Source: a virus (Duplodnaviria > Caudoviricetes). From it: a DNA stretch of 64,000 nt. Both the position numbers and the translations under genes were made by a program. Location: IMG/VR virus record IMGVR_UViG_3300028797_000004; one strand, 5' to 3'. Below are positions 9,628 through 18,458 of this stretch, piece by piece. The notes beneath the pieces were generated by a model, which was not told where the DNA came from, did not search any database, and saw only the letters and a program-made list of their open reading frames with translations. The number at the start of each line of letters is the position of its first letter. Positions within the stretch are counted from its first letter, which is position 1.

Positions 9628-10068
9628 ATGAAATATGAGCTTAGTCCTGGTAAAAAGCTTGCAGAATATTTACTTGGTGGTCATGCAATTGTGACCCTAG
9701 AATCTACTGCGATGTCTGAAAAAAGTCGGTACATTTCTTATGTTTTTGATAAACTTGAACATGAGAAATCCATACAGGTGTCGCTCACAGGCGCTGCGGG
9801 CGGCGCAGCTATATGCAAGGTCTATGGTAGGGCTATTATGCCAATATCACCATACACTTCAAATACACCCGAAATTCGTGGCGTTGCATATATACTTCAA
9901 GCTGTATTTCTTGGTAGAGTAGATTCTCGCATACACATTTACCATACAGGTACATGTAGCGTGTGCGGTCGGCAACTACATACACCTAAAGCTTTACTGC
10001 GGGGCATGGGACCTAAATGCGCTGCAAAAGCGACTTTCATAGCTTCGCAGTTGATGACACATGTTTGA
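9628..10068 (+). CDS. DUF6011-like Zn-finger protein
   Basis: C-terminal 'HTGTCSVCGRQLHTPKALLRGMGPKC'. Confidence 0.65.
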   Translation: MKYELSPGKKLAEYLLGGHAIVTLESTAMSEKSRYISYVFDKLEHEKSIQVSLTGAAGGAAICKVYGRAIMPISPYTSNTPEIRGVAYILQAVFLGRVDSRIHIYHTGTCSVCGRQLHTPKALLRGMGPKCAAKATFIASQLMTHV

Positions 10069-10447
10069 AGTAGATAAGCTTGTGCTCAAACATCTCGAGC
10101 ACAGCCCTAATCGATATGCAGAAGTGAAAGCTATTGCAAACAAAGCGAAACAAATTGCAGATATGTATGACGGACAGATGTTTCATTCAGAAGCTATCAC
10201 ATGTGCTATGACTGAACACTTACCGAAGTATGATTACAAACAACTTGATTCCAAATTAGATCTACTAATTAAAGATATGTTCTGCGAAACTGAAGATTCA
10301 GATGTAAAATTTGCTGTATATGATTCATTGATGCTAAGCAGAAAGAAGCACTACCTAATATATGTTTATAACAACATAGAAGAATCAGGTCGTCAAGCTC
10401 GTGTTCGAGTCTTGACAAATCTTCTGTGGTACAAAGCTTCTGAGTGA
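10061..10447 (+). CDS. Hypothetical protein with RNAP omega (RpoZ)-like N-terminus
   Basis: 'NRYAEVKAIANKAKQI...AITCAMTE' versus the omega pattern NR[YF]xLVxxxAxRARQ...xxxALxE. Confidence 0.35.
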   Translation: MFEVDKLVLKHLEHSPNRYAEVKAIANKAKQIADMYDGQMFHSEAITCAMTEHLPKYDYKQLDSKLDLLIKDMFCETEDSDVKFAVYDSLMLSRKKHYLIYVYNNIEESGRQARVRVLTNLLWYKASE

Positions 10448-10458
10448 GGTGTCAATTT

Positions 10459-10767
10459 ATGAGCACAGTAGTCTTTGAGGAGACAATCATCATCAATCAC
10501 TCATCATTGATGAAATCACCTGAGTTACATGCTGGTGATTATATTGCATTGGTAAATGCTAAGCTATTCAATGATGCGCTGACACGAAAGCACAAGAAAT
10601 ATCTTACAGGTATGTTCTGCGTTTTCAGCTCAAAGAAGCTGGGCTCTAGAATAAAAGTAACTGACTCACCTACAGGTATTTATGATGTTAATCGACTACT
10701 TGGTTGGGTGGATATATCTTCTATCAAAGGAGTGAAAACAAATGGCAGAAATCAAAATTTCAGCTGA
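10459..10767 (+). CDS. Hypothetical protein, SH3-like 'GWVD' ending
   Basis: 'RIKVT.....LLGWVD' resembles cell-wall-binding SH3-like modules; next to the endolysin. Confidence 0.4.
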   Translation: MSTVVFEETIIINHSSLMKSPELHAGDYIALVNAKLFNDALTRKHKKYLTGMFCVFSSKKLGSRIKVTDSPTGIYDVNRLLGWVDISSIKGVKTNGRNQNFS

Positions 10768-10921
10768 AGATAAGAAGGAAGTAATCAAAGCAAAAGCTTT
10801 CGGGTATACTGTAGAGCAGATAATGACTGTAACAGGATATTCAAAAGATGATATTGCTGATATCCTCAAAGATGCAGACGAAGCTGTCGCTGCAGTAAAG
10901 GAGAGATACGAAAATGGCTAA
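10742..10921 (+). CDS. Small 59-aa protein (MAEIKISAEDKKEVIKAKAFGYTVEQIM...), possible HTH
   Basis: RBS AAGGAG; overlaps the endolysin start; not in the supplied ORF track. Confidence 0.55.
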   Translation: MAEIKISAEDKKEVIKAKAFGYTVEQIMTVTGYSKDDIADILKDADEAVAAVKERYENG

Positions 10922-12023
10922 GACATTCAAAGGTATTGACGTCAGTCAATGGCAGGGAATCATTGACTGGTCAAAAGTTGCTAAGCAAGTTGACTATGCT
11001 ATTCTGAGAATCGGCTATGGTCGCTCTGCTTCACAAGTTGATAAACAGTTCACACGTAACTACACCGAAGCAACAAAGAATAAGATTCCAGTAGGCGGCT
11101 ACTGGTACAACTATGCAGAAACCGTTGATGATGCTAAGAACGAAGCTGCAGCTTGCATAAAGGTTCTTGAGAGCAGAAAGTTCGACTATCCAATCTTCTA
11201 TGATATAGAGGAATCTGCTGTACTGAAGCTTGGAAAGACGAAAGTTTCGGCAATAGCTGAGGCATTCTTGTCTGCTCTTGAGAGTGCAGGTTACAAAGTT
11301 GGCATATATTCTATGGCGTCTGCGCTTAACAACAGCATCGGTGTAGCTACACTCAATAAATATGATGTGTGGGTTGCTCATGTAGGTGTAAATGCACCCG
11401 CATTCAGCAAGCCTTATACAATGTGGCAGAATACATGGACAGCAAAGATTGACGGTATCGGCGGTAATGTTGATGCAGACATTTGCTACAAAGAGTATGT
11501 AACCGCTAAGGAAGATTCAAAGCCTACAGAAAAACCTGCAGCACCTGCAAAGACGGATGCAGATTATAACAAAGCTGCTGAGGATACAATCGCTGGTGTT
11601 TACGGCAACGGTGCTGAGAGAACCAAGAAGCTTGAAGCTGCTGGCTTTGATGCAAAGAAGGTGCAAGAACTTGTAAACAAGAAGCTTGCCGAAGTAAAAC
11701 CTGTAACACCTACACAGCCTGCAGAGACACTTGCTTCTGTAGCGTTAGATGTAATTGCTGGTAAGTACGGCAACGGTGTTGCTAGAATTCAAGCACTTAC
11801 AGCTAAGGGTTACAATGCTACAAACGTACAGCAAGCTGTTAATGCAATACTTTCAGGTAGATCTGTACCGTGGCTGCCGCTCAAAGGTAAATCCATTGAC
11901 GAGTTAGCTAAAGAAGTAATCGCAGGTAAATGGGGCAATGGTGACGCTCGCAAACGTGCGCTTGAAGCAGCTGGCTACAACTACGCTCAAGTACAAGCCA
12001 GAGTAAACGCTTTACTGAAGTAA
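10914..12023 (+). CDS. Endolysin: GH25 muramidase with three CW_7 (Cpl-7) cell-wall-binding repeats
   Basis: 'GIDVSQWQG', 'PIFYDIE', 'GNVDAD'; three 'A.(E/D).IAG.(Y/W)GNG..R...L.A.G(Y/F)....VQ..VN' repeats. Confidence 0.92.
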   Translation: MAKTFKGIDVSQWQGIIDWSKVAKQVDYAILRIGYGRSASQVDKQFTRNYTEATKNKIPVGGYWYNYAETVDDAKNEAAACIKVLESRKFDYPIFYDIEESAVLKLGKTKVSAIAEAFLSALESAGYKVGIYSMASALNNSIGVATLNKYDVWVAHVGVNAPAFSKPYTMWQNTWTAKIDGIGGNVDADICYKEYVTAKEDSKPTEKPAAPAKTDADYNKAAEDTIAGVYGNGAERTKKLEAAGFDAKKVQELVNKKLAEVKPVTPTQPAETLASVALDVIAGKYGNGVARIQALTAKGYNATNVQQAVNAILSGRSVPWLPLKGKSIDELAKEVIAGKWGNGDARKRALEAAGYNYAQVQARVNALLK

Positions 12024-12064
12024 GACATAGTCTTTTCCTTTGTGAATTCATTAATATACTCCGT

Positions 12065-12097
12065 CGGAATAGCGTCGCAACAGCGGCGCTATTTCCG
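12065..12097 (+). terminator. Hairpin after the endolysin
   Basis: CGGAATAGCGTCGC-AACA-GCGGCGCTATTTCCG. Confidence 0.55.
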
Positions 12098-12177
12098 TGT
12101 ATGCCTATGAATCGTTATTATCTTTGAAACATACATCAAAATAAAATTATTTTGTATTTTCAAGGAGTTGATATCAA

Positions 12178-12360
12178 ATGAAATTCGAGGTCACAGACGT
12201 AAAAGGTAACATACTTTTTGTTACTGAATACAAAGAATGCTTACCTACTGACGATGAACTCAAGAGTATGCGTACCGTGAACTATCGCTATCGTGTAGAT
12301 GGTAAGTTTGTAGATAAGGAGAAGATACTGAAGATAGTAAAGGAGCTGAGAGAATCATGA
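12178..12360 (+). CDS. Small hypothetical protein
   Basis: RBS AAGGAG; overlaps the helicase start. Confidence 0.55.
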   Translation: MKFEVTDVKGNILFVTEYKECLPTDDELKSMRTVNYRYRVDGKFVDKEKILKIVKELRES

Positions 12361-14168
12361 ATATTAATGTAATCCAGAACAATAATGTTTACAACATCTA
12401 TTTTCAGTATGATCCAAGTATTGTTGCTCTGATGCATAACATACCTGGTGCCGCATTTGATAGAGATTCTAAATCTTGGGTGATTGGCAAAGAGCAGCTT
12501 GGCTGGTTTATCAATGAATTCAAAGGTACAAGATTTGAGCCCTGGGTGCATATCTACTCTGATGAAGAGCTCGGACGCAATGAAACCTTTGACGACGTGG
12601 CTACTATACCTGATATTGATATCTCAGATATAGATATTCGGGTTGAAAACGGCAGCAAGCTTTATGCACACCAAATTGATTTTTTGAAGTATGCAAAAGA
12701 CAAGGGCACAAATGGCTATTTACTGGCAGACGAGCCTGGACTTGGAAAGACCTTAGAAATTATCAACATAGCGCTTTACAACAGAAAACGCTATAGTTTC
12801 AAGCATTGTTTAGTTATTACTTGTGTGAACTCTGCTAAATTCAACTGGAAAGCAGATATAGAGAAGCACACCAATGGTCAAGAGGTCGGTTACTTGCTAG
12901 GTACTACATTATACAAGAGAAAAGGCAAAGGTGAGAAGTATGACCTTACTCCTGAAAACAAGTGTTTGGATCTCATTAATCTGAGAAAATACAAGGGTCA
13001 AGGCGATCCGCTACCTTACTTTATCATACTCAATGTTGAGGGGCTCAGGTACAAAGCTGGTGGTATGTATGCTATTGCTGCTCGCATTGCAGATCTGATC
13101 AACGAGGGCGAGATAAATATGGTGGTACTCGACGAATGCCATAAAGGTATCAGCCCTACCTCACAGCAGGGTAAGCTCATACTTGAAATAAAGAAAGCTA
13201 CACAAAAGAAAGCTCAATGGATTCCAATGACTGGTACACCAATTGTGAATAGACCTACTGACTTATTCACACCTCTGAGACTCATTGATGCACACAGTAC
13301 TAGAAGCTATTATGAATGGTGTAAGCATTTCGCTGTATATGGCGGTCATGACGATAAAGAGGTGCTGGTGTATAAGAATATCAGTCAGCTGAAGAAACTT
13401 CTACATGGGCACATGATTCGCAGGCTTGCCGATCAGGTACTTGACTTACCTCCTATCATTCGTATACCTATCTATGTTGAAAATACAGCATATCAGAAGC
13501 GATTGTATACTAAGATTGCTAAGGAGCTTGAAGCTAGAGCTGGTGAAATTACAGAGCAGAAAACTAACCCGCTTGTTGAGATGCTTAAACTGAGACAAGT
13601 AAATGATGCACCTGAACTTGTAGATCCTGAACTCAAGATAGATAAGTCATACCTCAGTAAAAATGCAAAGCTTGCAGAAATAATTTCATACATTGACGAA
13701 TTCGTTGCTTCTGGAGAAAAGGTAGTAGTCTTCGCCAAGTATCTGGAACCGTTGAAAACCTTGTATAAATTCATCGCAACAAAGTATAAAACCGCTTGTT
13801 TCACTGGCTCAATGTCAGATGCTAAACGTGAGCAGCATAAGAAAGTATTCATGAACGACCCTGAATGCAAGGTACTTATCGGCACGATAGACGCAATGGG
13901 CACGTCTCACACTTTCACAGCAGCTCGTGTAGGCATCTTCTTTGAAGAAAGTTGGACAGCGGCAGACCAAGAGCAAGCTGAAAAGCGGCTTCATCGTATC
14001 AGTACTAACGGCACTGTAAGGTTCTACACATTCCTTGCAGCTAATACAGTAGATGATAGGGTGCATCGAATTATCTATGAGAAGAAAGCAACATCTGACT
14101 ACATTGTAGATAACATAGATGTACGGCACAACCCTGAAGCGTTCTTACAGTTGCTTGGAAACTACTAA
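12357..14168 (+). CDS. SNF2-family helicase/translocase with HARP-like N-terminal domain
   Basis: 'LLADEPGLGKT', DECH box, 'MTGTPIVN', 'QAEKRLHRI'; N-terminal 'FQYDP..VA....IPGA.FD...KSW'. Confidence 0.9.
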   Translation: MNINVIQNNNVYNIYFQYDPSIVALMHNIPGAAFDRDSKSWVIGKEQLGWFINEFKGTRFEPWVHIYSDEELGRNETFDDVATIPDIDISDIDIRVENGSKLYAHQIDFLKYAKDKGTNGYLLADEPGLGKTLEIINIALYNRKRYSFKHCLVITCVNSAKFNWKADIEKHTNGQEVGYLLGTTLYKRKGKGEKYDLTPENKCLDLINLRKYKGQGDPLPYFIILNVEGLRYKAGGMYAIAARIADLINEGEINMVVLDECHKGISPTSQQGKLILEIKKATQKKAQWIPMTGTPIVNRPTDLFTPLRLIDAHSTRSYYEWCKHFAVYGGHDDKEVLVYKNISQLKKLLHGHMIRRLADQVLDLPPIIRIPIYVENTAYQKRLYTKIAKELEARAGEITEQKTNPLVEMLKLRQVNDAPELVDPELKIDKSYLSKNAKLAEIISYIDEFVASGEKVVVFAKYLEPLKTLYKFIATKYKTACFTGSMSDAKREQHKKVFMNDPECKVLIGTIDAMGTSHTFTAARVGIFFEESWTAADQEQAEKRLHRISTNGTVRFYTFLAANTVDDRVHRIIYEKKATSDYIVDNIDVRHNPEAFLQLLGNY

Positions 14169-14187
14169 TATATGAAGGAGTGATTCC

Positions 14188-14445
14188 ATGAAGCGATATA
14201 TCAAGCACAGAGCTGTTACAGCTGCAACTATTCAAGCTGCTGAAGCTGATGACAACGGCGTAGACGATATGATTGATAATATCAGTGAAGATTTCGACTA
14301 TATTATCAGTGGTATTGAAACACTCAACCGCCGTGGCGGTGACGATTCTAAGCTGGCTATGTCCATTGCTTCAGAGTTCCGTGTTACTCTCAGTGAGTAC
14401 ATAGATCGTGTATGCAATTCCGTATCCGGAGGTGGCAGAGAATGA
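14188..14445 (+). CDS. Candidate internal head protein
   Basis: Basic N-terminus MKRYIKHRAVTAATIQAAE followed by an acidic body. Confidence 0.55.
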   Translation: MKRYIKHRAVTAATIQAAEADDNGVDDMIDNISEDFDYIISGIETLNRRGGDDSKLAMSIASEFRVTLSEYIDRVCNSVSGGGRE

Positions 14446-15632
14446 AAATAACAAGACGTTCAGTTCCTGTTAAAGCAGCTATCAATAAGTTACCTGCTGG
14501 TGTCAAGCCTGCCGATACACCTGTAAAAGACTACGCAGAGCAACTTGCATCTGCTGTATGTAAGTCTCTTACAGATAATGGCTACATCTGTGAATACAAA
14601 TTAAACACAAAATCAATTGTGTTTACAGTAGCTGTTGATACTAATGCAGATATCGACATTAATTTTACACTTCCGCTTTCAGCGATTGTTCCTGAAGCAA
14701 CAGTATCTGCTGATATGGCTACAGTGGTTGATAAGATCATGAATCTTGCACCACTTACATCTCCTGGTACTGATGTGGATCTTACAGCTGAGGTAACGTC
14801 CTCTACTCAGATTCAAGCTTCTGATTATCGTCAGTACGAAGATCCAGAATTACTTGAAAGACAGATCCAAGATATCACTGCTGAGTATGAATCCAGAAAA
14901 GCTGCTGGTGAGCTTGACGTAGACGAAGCTTGGTCGTATGAGCAAGAGATTCAGGAGCTTGAAGATCGACTTCGTTTCGCTTATGCAGATGAAGAGTATG
15001 ACGGTGCTGATATAACAAGCACATCAGTAATGTGTGCAAGCGATTCTGAGCTTAGAAAATATGGTCGTCGTTTCGGCGATGCTCTCATTGAAGACCTCTG
15101 GGACGACTACGATATCACAGCTGAGTATAAGCTTACAGACGATTCAATTATCGTTTACGTTTACGCAGATAGATACAAGTCTGCACTACTCACAACAGTA
15201 ACAAGAGAGCTTCAGGAACTTCTTGATGATTCTGTAGATCTTGGCACTGATGTAGCTAATCTTGCCGCAGAAATCGACATCAAGTGCTTCGGCGAATACA
15301 GTGTAGTTGACAGCGCTACTGGTGTTGAAGCCATTGATGACAAAGAACCTGTACTCGGCAGTTACAAAGATGACGAAGCTTATAAGAAGCTTCTTGAGTA
15401 TGATTACATACTTGATACTTCTGATGACGGTTGTGTGATTAAATTCTCGGATGGCGATCCATATGCTACATTCCGATTCGTGCCAGCTTCTGAAGAAGAT
15501 GCTGCTGCAGGTCTTGATGAGTGGCTGATATACGCTGACGGAGATTTGATCAACGAACGTCTTGACTACTACCCAACAAACTATGACGAAGCTGTAAAAA
15601 CAGCTATCAGATATTTCTGGTCACACTATTAA
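14442..15632 (+). CDS. Acidic multi-module protein (candidate internal head polyprotein)
   Basis: Start at ATG 14442 (RBS GGAGGTGG); modules separated by [VI]x[ASG][ASG] motifs. Confidence 0.55.
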   Translation: MKITRRSVPVKAAINKLPAGVKPADTPVKDYAEQLASAVCKSLTDNGYICEYKLNTKSIVFTVAVDTNADIDINFTLPLSAIVPEATVSADMATVVDKIMNLAPLTSPGTDVDLTAEVTSSTQIQASDYRQYEDPELLERQIQDITAEYESRKAAGELDVDEAWSYEQEIQELEDRLRFAYADEEYDGADITSTSVMCASDSELRKYGRRFGDALIEDLWDDYDITAEYKLTDDSIIVYVYADRYKSALLTTVTRELQELLDDSVDLGTDVANLAAEIDIKCFGEYSVVDSATGVEAIDDKEPVLGSYKDDEAYKKLLEYDYILDTSDDGCVIKFSDGDPYATFRFVPASEEDAAAGLDEWLIYADGDLINERLDYYPTNYDEAVKTAIRYFWSHY

Positions 15633-15652
15633 TTAAGTGAGGTGTATGATAT

Positions 15653-16669
15653 ATGAATATTAAAAGAAGAAAGAAAGCAGTAACTGCTTCAACACGCAGA
15701 CCTGCAAGACGTAAGGTAATGGCTGCTGATAGTGATTATATCAAGATCGGCAGTAGAATTCTTCCAAGAAACACAGCAGGTATGCGTGACGAAGCAAGCT
15801 ATGCTGAAGTTTCACGTGAGGGTAAGCGTAGATATGATGCTGAGCAGGAAGAGAAGCGTCTTGCTGCTGAGAAAGCAGCTAAGCTTGAACGAGGCAGAGC
15901 TGGCGCTACCGCATTTAACAGAATCCTTGAGGAGCACAAAGGCGAGCCAGATAGATATGGACTCTGGGGTGATCTTTTTGACGAGTTTGTACCTGGTGAA
16001 GGTGCTGCTGATACAATGGGCGGTGAAATTATTCGTGCGATAAACCGTGTTATCTACAGATGGGAGAACGACGGTGATAAGTTCAATCAAGGCTATGGCT
16101 TAGAAACCTGTGCTTCTGATGCTGCTTTCCTTGCAGAGAATACAGATAGTAAGATTGAGAAGATCATTGCGGGCGCAGCTGAATTGGATCCTGGCGCTCC
16201 TGATGAGCTTTATTCTGCTGCTATGGAGAAGCTTGAAGAAGCTGTTATTGAATTCTTAGCTAACAACCCAGAGGTATTTGGCGAGGATTCAATTGATTCT
16301 CGTGAATTCGATTCATACCTTATAGATGAGTGGAACGAAATGTCACATTCTCTTGAGTATGAGCCGGATACATCTGGCGAGTATCTTGACAGACTCATAG
16401 AGGCTGACTGTGTCAACTACGACGATGTTGATCAGCTACTTTGTGATTGGGCTGAGTATGATATGGGCGGCGAAGTAAATCGTTGGGCACAAGATGCTTG
16501 GACAATTACTAACTTGGATATAGACCAGTTTAACGACTGGAACGACAACTTCGAGCGTTGGTGGAACCAGACTCTTGACGAGTGGATGAATGAGTATGAG
16601 GATCAGCTTATCGCTTACGAAGAGGGCGAAGAAGACGAAGATGAGTATGACGAGGACGAGGAGGAGTAA
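15653..16669 (+). CDS. Acidic protein with basic N-terminal leader (candidate internal head protein)
   Basis: MNIKRRKKAVTASTRRPARRKVMAAD; internal segment 'LFDEFVPGEGAADTMGGEIIRAINRVIYRWENDGD'. Confidence 0.6.
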   Translation: MNIKRRKKAVTASTRRPARRKVMAADSDYIKIGSRILPRNTAGMRDEASYAEVSREGKRRYDAEQEEKRLAAEKAAKLERGRAGATAFNRILEEHKGEPDRYGLWGDLFDEFVPGEGAADTMGGEIIRAINRVIYRWENDGDKFNQGYGLETCASDAAFLAENTDSKIEKIIAGAAELDPGAPDELYSAAMEKLEEAVIEFLANNPEVFGEDSIDSREFDSYLIDEWNEMSHSLEYEPDTSGEYLDRLIEADCVNYDDVDQLLCDWAEYDMGGEVNRWAQDAWTITNLDIDQFNDWNDNFERWWNQTLDEWMNEYEDQLIAYEEGEEDEDEYDEDEEE

Positions 16670-16671
16670 GT

Positions 16672-17478
16672 ATGAAGCTCTATAAGAAATCTATGTCAAT
16701 ATCTGCTAGTTGCGGAACCAAGAAAAAGGCTGTAACTGGCGAAGACGAGGTTTATGACATTGTAATGGAAGAAGATTACGGTCCTACTACTGGTCAGCGT
16801 ACTCTGCATAAAGGGCTAGATCGTGCTTCGGCACGATCTGCAGTCCGTCATTATAACAAGCGCGCTATGCCTAATCAGAGATTCTATGAAGAAACTGAAG
16901 AAGAGCGTCTCGGCAGACGTCCAGTTCGTTCTTCTACAAGAGTTACAGCTGCTCAAAGAGACAGCTCTGCAGTAGTTAATAAAGCTCGTGACATATATGC
17001 ATCCTTGTGTGATTTATATTTTGATATGACACAAGGTGCAAACGCTCCATTTTCTGCAGAAGGCGCACCTGCATATTATCTAGATAAAGCAATCAGCGCA
17101 ATAGATGACATCTATGCCTTCGGTCTCAGTGAAGAAGATAGAGAAGCAATGTCTGTTGATGGTGCTACTTGCGTCTCCGGCTCAGATTATTTTGATGAAG
17201 ATGATGAGGAGTACGAAGATGAAAATGAAGGTGCCGCATCTATTGAGATAGACGGCGATGTAGCTCGTGATTTCGGCGCATCTTTACTTCAAGAGCTTGT
17301 AGAAGCAAGAGTTGACTGCATCAGCATCTATGATGTAGAAATCGGCAGAAACCTTACAACTTTCTACTATGAGATAGACGATGTCAATAATGACTATACA
17401 ACGGACGAAGTCAACGACATGATTGAAATTGCTGTTGCAGAAATTATTGGTGATGCCGAAGAAGGTCAGTTTGACTGA
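16672..17478 (+). CDS. Acidic multi-module protein (candidate internal head polyprotein)
   Basis: MKLYKKSMSISAS leader; internal VRSSTRVTAA and VDGATCVSGS motifs. Confidence 0.55.
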   Translation: MKLYKKSMSISASCGTKKKAVTGEDEVYDIVMEEDYGPTTGQRTLHKGLDRASARSAVRHYNKRAMPNQRFYEETEEERLGRRPVRSSTRVTAAQRDSSAVVNKARDIYASLCDLYFDMTQGANAPFSAEGAPAYYLDKAISAIDDIYAFGLSEEDREAMSVDGATCVSGSDYFDEDDEEYEDENEGAASIEIDGDVARDFGASLLQELVEARVDCISIYDVEIGRNLTTFYYEIDDVNNDYTTDEVNDMIEIAVAEIIGDAEEGQFD

Positions 17479-17490
17479 TAATTAACAATT

Positions 17491-17982
17491 ATGAAGGGAT
17501 TCAGTACACGTGATCCGCTCATCGGCAAGAAAGCAGAAAAAGTCATAGAAGCTTGGCTGGATCAGCCAGACAGAGGTTGGGACTTCAACAGAATACCAGA
17601 CCAGATGACCGGTTTCTACGGCAGTAAAAACATATGTGATTTCGACTTATTCATTTCACCAGAACACGTCTACATTGAGAGTAAGGCAACTTATGAAGAC
17701 AGATTTGAATTCAGTATGCTCACAGCTACTCAATACAACGGTCTTTTGAAGAAGTCTCGAATACCTCATGTGCATGGAATTGTAATAGTAACTTTCGTCA
17801 CATATAGACGTGTTTTTGCAATACCTATTCAAGAAATTGACAAAGTATTACAATCTGGTAAGAAATCTCTCAATATCAAGAAACTTGAGTCTTGGGGTAT
17901 TACTTATCAAGAGCTTGAAACTTTGCCTAGCCGAAAAGAGCTATCAGACCTCACCGGTGAGCTTGATCTAAACCTTATCTAA
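17491..17982 (+). CDS. recU: RecU-like Holliday junction resolvase
   Basis: 'GKKAEKVI...RIPD...KNICDF.......YIESKAT..DRF.F......Q' PD-(D/E)xK RecU pattern. Confidence 0.75.
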   Translation: MKGFSTRDPLIGKKAEKVIEAWLDQPDRGWDFNRIPDQMTGFYGSKNICDFDLFISPEHVYIESKATYEDRFEFSMLTATQYNGLLKKSRIPHVHGIVIVTFVTYRRVFAIPIQEIDKVLQSGKKSLNIKKLESWGITYQELETLPSRKELSDLTGELDLNLI

Positions 17983-17983
17983 T

Positions 17984-18021
17984 AAAGAGCCTGGAGAATA
18001 TACAGTCTCCAGGCTCTTTTT
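17984..18021 (+). terminator. Intrinsic terminator
   Basis: AAAGAGCCTGGAGA-loop-TCTCCAGGCTCTTTTT. Confidence 0.8.
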
Positions 18022-18056
18022 ACTATACTAACACACAAGAGAGGTGTAAAAAGATC

Positions 18057-18458
18057 ATGCTTACAGTAAGTTCAGTAATACACAAAGAATGGCTTGAAGA
18101 CAAGGTATCTCTTGATTACTATGAGTTCTTCGCTGATGAAGATAGTGATCTTCCTACAGGTGGTGAATACACACCTGATGAACCTACAGATATTACATAC
18201 AAGATAGCTCAAGGATCAATGGGCTATGTTATTTCTACAAGTACCATGTATCTTCTCAGTTCCGAAGGTTTCTGGGTTGAGCAAGACTCCTCTGGTGGTG
18301 GAGGAGGTGGCTTCACCCCTACAACTGAGCAGCTTGCCGCAATGAACAGCGGTATTACTGCCGAAGATGTTACACAGATCGAAACAAATAAAAACAATAT
18401 CACATCATTACAGGAACAAGTTGGATATGCTATCTCAGAACTTGAGGGGGTGCTGTAA
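18057..18458 (+). CDS. Hypothetical virion/tail-associated protein with poly-Gly linker
   Basis: RBS GAGGTG; 'SSGGGGGGFTPTTEQLAAMNSGIT'. Confidence 0.55.
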   Translation: MLTVSSVIHKEWLEDKVSLDYYEFFADEDSDLPTGGEYTPDEPTDITYKIAQGSMGYVISTSTMYLLSSEGFWVEQDSSGGGGGGFTPTTEQLAAMNSGITAEDVTQIETNKNNITSLQEQVGYAISELEGVL

